From the NCBI GenBank assembly GCA_964612415.1, contig CAZTCT010000001.1:137949-201948 (forward strand): a stretch of 64,000 nucleotides of DNA, written 5' to 3'. The translations under genes were made by a program, and so were the position numbers. Source of the stretch: an uncultured Candidatus Saccharibacteria bacterium (GTDB taxonomy: Bacteria; Patescibacteriota; Minisyncoccia; Phycocordibacterales; CAYRGE01). Under the pieces are notes generated by a model. It worked only from the letters and a program-made list of their open reading frames with translations, was not told the DNA's origin and made no database searches. Every line of letters begins with the position of its first letter. Position 1 is the stretch's first letter. This document shows, in pieces, positions 56,001-63,947 of the stretch.

Positions 56001-58306
56001 CATCAGGGGCTACTGTATCTGGTACGGTCGGTATCAGTGCTAGTGCCGCGGATGATGTGGGAGTAGTCGGAGTACAGTTCAAATTAGATGGAGCAAATCT
56101 TGGACCCGAAGATACAAGTGCTCCGTACGCCATGTCTTGGGACACCACAAGCGCGGCGAGTGGGGCACATACCATTAATGCAGTTGCACGAGATGCAGCG
56201 GGGAACAATAGGACATCTACCGGCGTATCTGTCACAGTAAATAATCTCACCGCACCACCGCCACCGCCAGCACCAGCACCCTCTTTTGACTCGCAGGCGC
56301 CGACAATTTCAGGAATAACTACCTCCAGTATTACTACAAGTGGAGCAGTTATCTCATGGACCACAAACGAAGCAACTACGCAGCAAGTAGACTATGGGCT
56401 TTCGGCATCATATGGGGCACAAACAAGTACACAAACGAGCCTTTCTACAAGTCACAGTGTTACATTAAGCAATCTCTCGCCAAACACTACGTATCACTTT
56501 CGAGTTCGCTCTGCTGACGCGGCGGGGAACGTGAGTGTCTCTCTTGATCAAACACTTACTACTGCATCCTTGGCAGATACGCAAGGTCCAAACGCAATCA
56601 CCAATGTTTCCGTTTCTGATATTCGTTCAAATTCAGCAACGGTGACATGGACTGTTCCCTCGGACATTCCTTCCGGTGCTCCTGCTTCATATGACTTGCG
56701 CTATAGCACCACGCTCATAACGCTAAGCAACTTCTCATCACGCACACAAGTGGCTGGTGAGCCAACTCCAACGAGTGCGGGTGCAACGCAAACATATACC
56801 CTTGCTGGGCTATCTCCCAGTACGCTCTACTATGTGGCTATTGTGTCAAAAGATGCTGCGGGGAATACATCATCTATATCAAATGTGATGACGTTTACCA
56901 CTGTCGCTGAAACAACCACTACCACAACCAGCACAAACAGTGGCACGAATACCTCTACCTCTTCTGGGACAAATAGTGGCACCTCGTCTAGTGGCGGAGG
57001 TGGTGGAGGAGGTGTTGTACAAACAATTGCTTCACCAAGAAACTTTATTGCGAGAGGGGCATCAAACCAGATTCTACTCTCATGGAGCAATCCACAAGAC
57101 ACTGAATTTATTCGTGTAAAAATAGTGCGAAAAGCAAACAGTGTTCCATCTTCATCATCCGACGGTACTACTGTGTATGAGGGAACAAACCAGACTTTCA
57201 CTGACACTAATCTTTCAAGAGACATCCTCTATTATTATGCTGCGTATAGTATTGATCGATCACTCCGTACTTCATCCGCTGTGTACGCCCAAGCGCGGCT
57301 AGGGCAACTCTCCGACGCAGAGGCAACGCAATCTCTTACGACCACTTCAGGAGGCGTCCCCACTGCACCCACAGCTCCTTCTGCGCCACAAATAAACACA
57401 GGCACAGTACCAACGGGAGTGTTTACCATAGGCTTGCAGGTGGGCTCTCGAGACATTCAAGTAAAACAACTCCAGCAACTTCTCAACTCTCTCGGCTTCA
57501 CGGTCGCTGAAAATGGCGCAGGTTCATCTGGTAATGAAACCGAGTTCTTCGGCCCAGCAACGGCGAATGCTGTCGCGCGATTCCAAGCTGAAAATATCCC
57601 TGAAGTTTCTCCGACGGACCGTGGTCTTGTCGGGCCAGTCACAAGAGTAAAACTTAACTCACTCGCATCAAGTGCTGGACTTGTGTCAACTACAGCTTCT
57701 TCTGTTTCAAATACCACCTCAACACAAGTACCCGCAGTATCTAGTGGGGCAGTACGTTTTACGCGGAACCTAAAAGTAGGCGATAGAGGAAGTGATGTGA
57801 AAGATTTGCAACAAGCGCTCAACTCTCTCGGCTTTACGGTCGCGTCTAGTGGCGCGGGGTCCTCAGGTAATGAAACCGAGTTCTTCGGTCCAGCGACGGC
57901 GGACGCGGTAGCACGTTTCCAAGAAGAATATAAGCAGGAAGTGCTTGCTCCGTACAATCTTGCTCGCGGGACTGGATTTTTTGGAGCATCAACTCGAACA
58001 AAGCTCAATACTCTTGTGGGGGGAGAAGGGAGTGGGGCAGGAGATACCGCAGCACTCATTGCGCTTCTCCAGGCACAACTTCTTGCGCTTCAAGCACAAC
58101 TTGCAGCTATTCTTTCAGGGCAAACAACTCAAGTAACTGTGCCATCTATTTCAACCCCAATTCCTACCACACCAAGTGCACCAACGACTTCACCTGACAA
58201 CAGTGCGCAAACATCAACTGATACATCGGGAGATACTACAGGGAGTACCTCTTCGGATTCTGGCGTACCACCGCCACCTCCGCCTCCACCGCCTCCTGCG
58301 TTTTAA
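53018..58306 (+). CDS. Giant cell-surface protein (1762 aa): signal peptide, two PA14 domains, at least four near-identical Ig-like (Big) repeats, two FN3 domains, two peptidoglycan-binding (PG_binding_1) repeats, poly-Pro C-terminus
   Basis: Signal peptide MRKFLPIFALTLVASASFLL. PA14-like blocks at about 53273-53648 and 55551-55935 (HFIVRWT...DDGVRVYVDNQLLINDW...LRIEYYE). Repeated PAPTVTLT(A/T)NPTSITQGQSSTLTWSSTNATSCTASGGWTG...YTLTCTGAGGSANQSVTVG. FN3-like ISWTTNEATTQQVDYG...YHFRVRSADAAGN. PGBD-like DIQVKQLQQLLNSLGFTVAENG...FFGPATANAVARFQ (twice). Confidence 0.65.
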   Translation: MCMMRKFLPIFALTLVASASFLLSPSLSRAQTTLSEEEQLAQMASLLQALQSVVNTLSAASGQSAQGVPPPPPPPPSPAGDGYFGEYWSTPSAGASPAIPTTAPTATRLDTSINFSWGSGSPMSSIPSDHFIVRWTKQQDFSGGDYLFSVNADDGVRLYIDDQLVINQWINQSATTYTAGRTLAAGTHTLRIEYYEAAGSATMQFSFTQTAVAPPVTPAPTVTLTANPTSITQGQSSTLTWSSTNATSCTASGGWTGTKTTSGTQAVSPTANTTYTLTCTGAGGSANQSVTVGVSANPAPTVTFTANPTSTTASQGATLSWSSTNATSCTASGGFLWTGSRALSGSQFITPESTTTFTLACTGAGGTTTKTATVTVVSSGTTSGQLSGSASVKASSQNTDLSSEGTTDWVHWGLSIPTSVNRKSGVTGQIGSMTTIGAASLKRYADDRAKVSWVGGTPTASTGSTPAGVYIKVNGSGYTFTVPADTTTRTLKIYLGAWNAQGLFQAFLNDNSASPYSVIVDAGSTGTATDRVITLTYKAASAGQSLTVRYTLFDDYGLDGNITLQAATLQGVSSTPAPTVTLTTNPTSITQGQSSTLTWSSTNATSCTASGGWTGTKTTSGTQAVSPTANTTYTLTCTGAGGSANQSVTVGVSAATAYNLVYSTSASRSNPAALNGAVVSGGIYVFLTPETNITGDVLFYIDNVSGSGTAYKTESNAPYDLAGTNTSNGSAAPYNTAQLSNGTHTVTVRLNTNTVLTSTFTVANSSSTPAPTVTLTTNPTSITQGQSSTLTWSSTNATSCTASGGWTGTKTTSGTQAVSPTANTTYTLTCTGAGGSANQSVTVGIELGYFGEYWDVPTAGASPSIPSTAPTFTRIDPAIDFDWTTNAPGTSVAADHFIVRWTRNVDFVAGTYRFTASSDDGVRVYVDNQLLINDWTNHGVRTYVNDLTLSAGSHALRIEYYENTGSAVAQFSFAPVTSTGSVDTQAPTVVMTSPSSGATVSGTVGISASAADDVGVVGVQFKLDGANLGPEDTSAPYAMSWDTTSAASGAHTINAVARDAAGNNRTSTGVSVTVNNLTAPPPPPAPAPSFDSQAPTISGITTSSITTSGAVISWTTNEATTQQVDYGLSASYGAQTSTQTSLSTSHSVTLSNLSPNTTYHFRVRSADAAGNVSVSLDQTLTTASLADTQGPNAITNVSVSDIRSNSATVTWTVPSDIPSGAPASYDLRYSTTLITLSNFSSRTQVAGEPTPTSAGATQTYTLAGLSPSTLYYVAIVSKDAAGNTSSISNVMTFTTVAETTTTTTSTNSGTNTSTSSGTNSGTSSSGGGGGGGVVQTIASPRNFIARGASNQILLSWSNPQDTEFIRVKIVRKANSVPSSSSDGTTVYEGTNQTFTDTNLSRDILYYYAAYSIDRSLRTSSAVYAQARLGQLSDAEATQSLTTTSGGVPTAPTAPSAPQINTGTVPTGVFTIGLQVGSRDIQVKQLQQLLNSLGFTVAENGAGSSGNETEFFGPATANAVARFQAENIPEVSPTDRGLVGPVTRVKLNSLASSAGLVSTTASSVSNTTSTQVPAVSSGAVRFTRNLKVGDRGSDVKDLQQALNSLGFTVASSGAGSSGNETEFFGPATADAVARFQEEYKQEVLAPYNLARGTGFFGASTRTKLNTLVGGEGSGAGDTAALIALLQAQLLALQAQLAAILSGQTTQVTVPSISTPIPTTPSAPTTSPDNSAQTSTDTSGDTTGSTSSDSGVPPPPPPPPPPAF
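53670..53904 (+). repeat. Intragenic direct repeat copy 1 (approximately 230 bp, Ig-like domain unit)
   Basis: Near-identical at nucleotide level to 54744-54978 and 55321-55549. It differs by one or two bases, e.g. accgcaaac versus accacaaac. Confidence 0.8.
54744..54978 (+). repeat. Intragenic direct repeat copy 2
   Basis: Same approximately 230-bp unit. It also creates spurious alternative-frame ORFs in the track (54675-54962). Confidence 0.8.
55321..55549 (+). repeat. Intragenic direct repeat copy 3
   Basis: Same unit. It ends at the junction with the second PA14 domain. Confidence 0.8.
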
Positions 58307-58342
58307 CACAAAAAGCCCGTCGCATATGCGCCGGGCTTTTTG

Positions 58343-60523
58343 TTATTCAAAATGTGTACCAAGAGAACGGGATACATGTTTCTCCCCCAACGTACTCTTT
58401 GAGAGAAAATCAGGATTTTCCAAAAGAATCCTCTCAGCCTCTGCGCGTGCGGCTTTTACCATATCAAGATTTTTTATTGCCTGCATACCAACATCGGAAA
58501 TACCCCACTGTTTTCCTCCAGATAATTCGCCTGCGCCACGGAGCTCAAGATCAAGTTCGGCAAGCTCAAAGCCATTTTTCGCTTTCACCAGCGCAGAGAG
58601 GCGCTTGTTTGTCTCGGCACTCTCGCTTGAGACAAAGCAATACGCCTGATGGGAACTTCTAAGCACCCGACCTCTTAGTTGGTGTAGTTGAGCAAGGCCA
58701 AATCGCTCTGCGCCTTCAATGAGAATCACGGAGGCATTGGGGACATTCACCCCTACTTCAACAACTGATGTTGCGACAAGAATATCTATTTCTCCCTGAG
58801 CAAATCGCTCCATCACCTCATCTTTTGCTTTAGGTGTCATCTTGCCATGCAGTACGGCAATCTCCTTATCAGGGAACACTTCCTTCTTAAGACGTTTTGC
58901 TTCTGCGACGGCCGACTTTGCATCAAGCGCATTCTTTTTGTCTGGGTCAGGTTCATCAATACGCGGACATATCACATAAGCTTGTCGTCCGGCGGTGAGC
59001 TCTTTACTCATCGTTTCGTAAGCCCGCGCAACTGTTTTTTTGCTGACAATTTCTGTGATAATAGTTTTGCGACCTTTAGGCATCTCGTCAATGATTGAGA
59101 GATCAAGGTCGCCATAGAGTGTAAGTGCGAGCGTGCGTGGGATGGGGGTTGCAGTCATGGATAAGAGATGAGGTGCAGGAGTCCGCATCTCACCCTCTTG
59201 TCCTTTGCGTGAGAGCTTCATTCTCTGCATGACGCCAAAGCGGTGCTGTTCATCAATAATCACGCACGCAAGATTCTTGAAGCGCACGGTTTTTTGTATG
59301 AGCGCATGAGTGCCTACTACAATTGAAATGTCGCCGCTTGCAACCCATTTAAGAAATTGAGCGCGGGAAATATCAGTATGCGAATCTGGGGAAACCTTAG
59401 AAGGGAATTTCCTGCATCCGGAGCCAGTAATGAGACCTATTTGAATAGGTAAGTGAGAAAAATAAGAGATGAATGATTCAAAGTGCTGCTTAGCGAGAAT
59501 CTCTGTCGGGGCCATATACGCCACTTGCAGGTTGGTGTATTGAAGTGACGATGGCTTTGCCATGACTATGGCATATGCAGCAGCTGCTGCGACGAGTGTC
59601 TTGCCAGAACCAACATCACCTTCAAGGAGTCGTGTGCCAGGACTGCCCTTTGAGAGGTCTTTAAGTATCTCGTCTATTGCTCTGCGTTGAGCATTTGTCG
59701 GAGGGAAGGGGAATCGCTCTAGGAACTTTGTGACATGAGTGTTTGCATCCTCAACATGATACGCCGGGTATTTTGCATACTCTTGTTTTTGTTTAAGGCG
59801 TCCAAGTTGGATAAAAAATATCTCCTGGAAAGAAAAACGTTTCTGGGCAGCTTGCGCGTCTGACTCCTTGCGTGGTGCGTGCATCCATACCAAGGCGGTC
59901 TTCAGAGATGGAAGGTGGTATCTTTTAAGGATCTCTTCGGGGATAGGGTCTTGGAGATGTTCGTGAATCCCTGTTTTCAGTACACGCTCAATATGATGAT
60001 GAAACCACCGAGATGAGAGATTCCCTCGTGCTGGGTATATAGGGTAGAGATTGGAAGTAAGTTCTTTACCAAAGAGTGGCAGGGAAAGCTCATCAAGGAC
60101 TTCTTGTGCTATGGGCTCTACTATTGGGTTTGCTAAATAAAGCGAACCACTACGCTCAGATATTGTGCCAGCTGCTTTGACGGGCATTCCTTTCTTTAAC
60201 ATCTTTGCGATGTAGGGTTGGTGGAACCAAATGATTTTAAGAGACCCGGTTTGGTCTTTGATCACTCCTTCTGCCATAGGGATCTTTGAGCGGAATGTTT
60301 TTGCGGTTTTAAGTGACGAGATGACTCCGAAGACAGTGATCTTTGCTCCTTTATTTATGGATGATATAGCCTGCGCTTCTGTAAGGTTTTGATATCGAGA
60401 GGGGAAGTATTGCAAGAGATCGGCAAGCGTCTCAATTCTCAAGCTTTCAAGTGCGCGAGACTGTTTTGGGTCTATACGAAAGTAGTCAGAAAGTGGAGTG
60501 TCTGGCGTGGCGGGAAGATTCAT
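58343..60523 (-). CDS. recG: ATP-dependent DNA helicase RecG
   Basis: N-terminal wedge/OB region, helicase motifs (GDVGSGKT, DEQHRFGV) and the C-terminal TRG motif. 726 aa. Confidence 0.9.
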   Translation of the reverse strand: MNLPATPDTPLSDYFRIDPKQSRALESLRIETLADLLQYFPSRYQNLTEAQAISSINKGAKITVFGVISSLKTAKTFRSKIPMAEGVIKDQTGSLKIIWFHQPYIAKMLKKGMPVKAAGTISERSGSLYLANPIVEPIAQEVLDELSLPLFGKELTSNLYPIYPARGNLSSRWFHHHIERVLKTGIHEHLQDPIPEEILKRYHLPSLKTALVWMHAPRKESDAQAAQKRFSFQEIFFIQLGRLKQKQEYAKYPAYHVEDANTHVTKFLERFPFPPTNAQRRAIDEILKDLSKGSPGTRLLEGDVGSGKTLVAAAAAYAIVMAKPSSLQYTNLQVAYMAPTEILAKQHFESFISYFSHLPIQIGLITGSGCRKFPSKVSPDSHTDISRAQFLKWVASGDISIVVGTHALIQKTVRFKNLACVIIDEQHRFGVMQRMKLSRKGQEGEMRTPAPHLLSMTATPIPRTLALTLYGDLDLSIIDEMPKGRKTIITEIVSKKTVARAYETMSKELTAGRQAYVICPRIDEPDPDKKNALDAKSAVAEAKRLKKEVFPDKEIAVLHGKMTPKAKDEVMERFAQGEIDILVATSVVEVGVNVPNASVILIEGAERFGLAQLHQLRGRVLRSSHQAYCFVSSESAETNKRLSALVKAKNGFELAELDLELRGAGELSGGKQWGISDVGMQAIKNLDMVKAARAEAERILLENPDFLSKSTLGEKHVSRSLGTHFE

Positions 60524-60623
60524 TGTATGACAATTGTATCATTTCTCTTGGTCTCAAGATGACGTGGTATACTTGGCGGCAGGTTTTGTTCCTCTTCAAC
60601 TAAATAAAAGTGAGGTAATCGCC

Positions 60624-61718
60624 ATGGAAACAATTGTATACGGCCTCTGGGGTCTTGCCTGGTGGCAGAAAATCCTTTTTGTCCTTGTGGCAACTCATAT
60701 TACGATCGCTTCGGTGACCATTTATCTGCATCGCGCGCAAGCACACCTTGCGCTGAGTCTGCATCCTGCGATCGCACATTTCTTCCGCTTTTGGCTCTGG
60801 CTTACTACTGGTATGCAAACGAAAGAATGGGTTGCAGTACATCGCAAGCATCATAGTACCGTTGAGACAGAGGCTGATCCGCATAGTCCCCAAGTGTTTG
60901 GCATCTGGAAAGTCCTTTTTGAAGGAAGTGAATTGTATACGCAGGCCCGGGCAGACAAGGAAATGGTTGAGCGATGGGGCAAAGGAGCTCCTGACGACTG
61001 GATTGAGCGGCACATCTACTCAATGCGGTGGCTTGGGATTTTCTCTTTGCTTATCGTCGACATTATTCTGTTTGGGATTTCAGGGATATCCGCATGGGGT
61101 GTTCAGATGCTCTGGATTCCATTTTTCGCGGCAGGTGTCATCAACGGCGGTGCGCACTATTTCGGGTATCGTAATTACGAAACAGATGACTCGTCAACAA
61201 ACCTCGTGCCGTGGGGGATATTGATCGGAGGCGAAGAGTTGCACAACAATCATCACCGTTTTCCTGTCTCAGCACGCTTTTCTGTGAAGAAAGGGGAGTT
61301 TGATGTAGGTTGGCTTTACATTCGTTTACTGGAGATATGTAAGCTTGCGCGGGTGAGCGCAGAAAAACTTGCTCCGCATTGGAATGAGCATGACCCAAGA
61401 TGGATGCTCAATCGATACAGACAGCAAGTACTGCTTCCTGTTGCCAAAGAAACTTTCTCCAAAGAGATGTATCGCCGATTCAAACGACTTGCCATGTATC
61501 AATCATGGAGTGCTTCGCATCGCGAGGAGCTCTCAGTGCTCCTCCGGCAGAACGATACTTTGGCTCGTATCTGGTACATGAGAGAAAGACTGGCCGCTTC
61601 TCTCCAGGAAAAAGGCGACTCAATTATTGCGTGGCGCAAAACTGCGCAAGAAAGTAGCATCAGACTACTGCAAGAGTTTGCCAAACGTTTCCAATCCTTA
61701 CCTCACAACGCCCAGTAG
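60624..61718 (+). CDS. Membrane fatty-acid (acyl-CoA/acyl-lipid) delta-9 desaturase with approximately 120-aa C-terminal extension
   Basis: Three histidine boxes in canonical order: HRAQAH, VHRKHHSTVETEADPHSP (HRxHH...DPH) and HNNHHRFP. Four predicted TM helices. Start set at METIVYG with an upstream GTGAGG SD. Confidence 0.75.
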   Translation: METIVYGLWGLAWWQKILFVLVATHITIASVTIYLHRAQAHLALSLHPAIAHFFRFWLWLTTGMQTKEWVAVHRKHHSTVETEADPHSPQVFGIWKVLFEGSELYTQARADKEMVERWGKGAPDDWIERHIYSMRWLGIFSLLIVDIILFGISGISAWGVQMLWIPFFAAGVINGGAHYFGYRNYETDDSSTNLVPWGILIGGEELHNNHHRFPVSARFSVKKGEFDVGWLYIRLLEICKLARVSAEKLAPHWNEHDPRWMLNRYRQQVLLPVAKETFSKEMYRRFKRLAMYQSWSASHREELSVLLRQNDTLARIWYMRERLAASLQEKGDSIIAWRKTAQESSIRLLQEFAKRFQSLPHNAQ

Positions 61719-61834
61719 GGCAATCCCGTTGCGGCTATATAAGTGCCGCACGACCCCGTAGAGACCCTCCTTAAGATATGACTCTTTCTGCGGGGTCTTT
61801 TTTGTATATGAATTTTAAATGTATGAGAGGGAGT

Positions 61835-61871
61835 TTAAAGCGGGTCAACCGATCGGTTGACCCGCTTTAAG
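61835..61871. terminator. Palindromic terminator element, family copy 5 (outer-stem variant: aaagcgggtcaaccgatcggttgacccgcttt)
   Basis: Conserved central tcaaccgatcggttga. The outer stem is replaced by compensatory gcggg/cccgc. Confidence 0.5.
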
Positions 61872-61895
61872 AAAAAAGGCTTAACAGAGGCAAAA

Positions 61896-61930
61896 TAAAC
61901 GGCTCAAGCGTACGCTTGAGCCGTTTATTT
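61896..61930. terminator. Palindromic terminator element, family copy 6 (inner variant: aaacggctcaagcgtacgcttgagccgttt)
   Basis: Conserved outer aacggctcaa/ttgagccgtt stem with the central tetramer changed to gcgtacgc. It is tandem to copy 5, between the desaturase(+) and tRNA-Ser(-). Confidence 0.55.
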
Positions 61931-61935
61931 CCTAC

Positions 61936-62021
61936 GGAGGCGGAAGGATTCGAACCTTCGGACCAGTTTCCCGGTCAGCAACTTAGCAGGTTGCTGCATT
62001 CGACCGCTCTGCCACGCCTCC
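61936..62021 (-). tRNA. tRNA-Ser (anticodon GCU), class II with long variable arm, G73 discriminator; CCA not encoded
   Basis: GGAGGCG-UG-GCAGAGCGGUCGAAUGC-A-GCAAC-CUGCUAA-GUUGC-UGACCGGGAAACUGGUCC-GAAGG-UUCGAAU-CCUUC-CGCCUCC-G. Confidence 0.75.
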
Positions 62022-62067
62022 AGTGTGAGAATGGTGCTACTCTAACACATTTTCTGTTTGCGGGCGA

Positions 62068-62742
62068 CTAATGTGCGAGAGCAAACCCGTATACTCTTTT
62101 TGCCCCTGCTTTCTTTAAAATCTTCATTGCCTCGTGCATGGTTGCGCCAGTGGTGACGATATCGTCCACAACAATGACAGTCTTGTCCCGCATGTCATCA
62201 CTGACACAACGAAAACACCCCTTTATATTTGATGCGCGGGCGCTCCTGGTTCTCATTGTGGTTTGGGGGTTTGTTTTTTTGACTCGGGCAAGAACATCTG
62301 GTCGCACCTTTACTTTATCTTTGCGAGCATGAGATATGATTTCTGAAATGATTAAAGATTGATTAAAGCCACGCTCGCGCTCTCTCTCGTGCCATAGCGG
62401 GATGGGGACGAGCACAAAAGGATCTTCTTCTGTGATGCTAAATTTATCTAATGTGCCCAAAAAGGCATCTTTGAGTTTGCGTTCCAATACATCAAGTGCC
62501 GATTTTCTGTACTTGAATTTCACATGAGTGATTACTTCTTTCACAACCCTGTCTTGATAAAAACAAGCTGCAATAATGTCTTGCTCAACCAAAATGAGAG
62601 GGAAATGGATATTTTTGCCACATTCATCGCACAATAGGACTCCGAATCTTTTGCACCCGACACATGAGTCAGGAAATAGGGTACCCAGCGCCTTTTGAGT
62701 TAACAATTCCACACCTTTCCCCAAACGTTTCAGTGCGTTCAT
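62068..62742 (-). CDS. comFC: ComF-family protein (ComFC; zinc-finger plus phosphoribosyltransferase domain)
   Basis: N-terminal CVGCKRFGVLLCDECG Zn-ribbon and C-terminal PRTase motif VIVVDDIVTTGATM. Confidence 0.75.
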   Translation of the reverse strand: MNALKRLGKGVELLTQKALGTLFPDSCVGCKRFGVLLCDECGKNIHFPLILVEQDIIAACFYQDRVVKEVITHVKFKYRKSALDVLERKLKDAFLGTLDKFSITEEDPFVLVPIPLWHERERERGFNQSLIISEIISHARKDKVKVRPDVLARVKKTNPQTTMRTRSARASNIKGCFRCVSDDMRDKTVIVVDDIVTTGATMHEAMKILKKAGAKRVYGFALAH

Positions 62743-62825
62743 GTGATATAATTTTCCTTGTGTATTAGCACACTATGATATCCATACTCTATCATCATAG
62801 TGAGGCAATGCGGTATTGACACGAC

Positions 62826-63947
62826 ATGGCTGGAGTTATTTCAAAAATCTTAAAATTTAATCTGACACCCGGGAAAGTAGTGATTGGTATTGATATCGGA
62901 ATGTCAGCGATCAAAGTAGTGGAGCTTTCTGGTGAGAGAGGGAAGGCGATACTCAAAAATTACGGAGAGATCGCTCTTGGTCCTTACGCAAGCAGCACGA
63001 TAGGCCAGGCGGTGCGGCTTTCTGAGGAACGTATCGCACAGGCTATCACTGATGTCCTTAAAGAAGCTAAAATAGAAACAAAAAGAGCGGTGCTTGCGCT
63101 TCCTCTTGGCTCCACACTCCTCTCTTTCATTGAAGTGCCTACGGCAGACGAAGAAAAACTTGCGCGGATTATTCCCATTGAAGCCAGAAAATATATTCCG
63201 GTGCCAATATCAGAGGTGACGCTTGATTGGTGGGTCCTTCCACAACATGGTGATATCACACAAGTAAAAGCGGGAAGTGTGGGCGAGCCCGCAGAAAAGC
63301 AGAGTAAAATGTCTGAAGTGGTCATCTCTGCGATTCACAATGAAACGCTGAGTAAATTTTTAAGAATTCAGTCTGAGGCGAAGCTTGATGTTAAGCAATT
63401 TGAAATAGAAATATTCAGCAGTATCCGCTCTGTTATTGGTCGGGACATGTCTCCGATCATGGTTTTAGACATGGGCGCTGGAAGCACAAAACTTGCAATG
63501 GTAGAATATGGAATAGTGAGAGGGTACCATATCATCAACAAAGGGGCGCAAGATGTAACACTTGCCCTCGCTTCATCTTTGGAGATTAGCATGGAGAAAG
63601 CAGAGGAGGTGAAGCGCACAGCTGGTCTTGATGGAATGGTTGACGGTAAAAAGATCGCAGATGTTGCTTCTACTACCCTTGAGTATATTTTCAGCGAAGC
63701 TGAAGCGGAAATGTTGAAATATCAAAGAAAGACAGGTAAGCCAGTGAGCCGCCTTATCCTTGTGGGGGGAGGGGCGATGCTCAAGGGCGTTGATAAGCTT
63801 GCTAAGGACACGCTCAAAGTTGAGGTTGTGCGTGGCGATCCATTTGCAAAAACCGAGGCTCCCGCCTTCCTTGCCCCAACGCTTCGCGAGGCTGGTCCTG
63901 AGTTTGCAGTTGCCATCGGCGCGGCACTTAAAGCCCTTGCAGAATAA
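62826..63947 (+). CDS. pilM: Type IV pilus assembly ATPase-like protein PilM (actin/FtsA fold)
   Basis: VIGIDIGMSAIKVVEL...ALPLGSTLLSFIEVP...LDMGAGSTKLAMVEYG...LILVGGGAML is the PilM/FtsA-like pattern. 373 aa. Confidence 0.8.
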   Translation: MAGVISKILKFNLTPGKVVIGIDIGMSAIKVVELSGERGKAILKNYGEIALGPYASSTIGQAVRLSEERIAQAITDVLKEAKIETKRAVLALPLGSTLLSFIEVPTADEEKLARIIPIEARKYIPVPISEVTLDWWVLPQHGDITQVKAGSVGEPAEKQSKMSEVVISAIHNETLSKFLRIQSEAKLDVKQFEIEIFSSIRSVIGRDMSPIMVLDMGAGSTKLAMVEYGIVRGYHIINKGAQDVTLALASSLEISMEKAEEVKRTAGLDGMVDGKKIADVASTTLEYIFSEAEAEMLKYQRKTGKPVSRLILVGGGAMLKGVDKLAKDTLKVEVVRGDPFAKTEAPAFLAPTLREAGPEFAVAIGAALKALAE

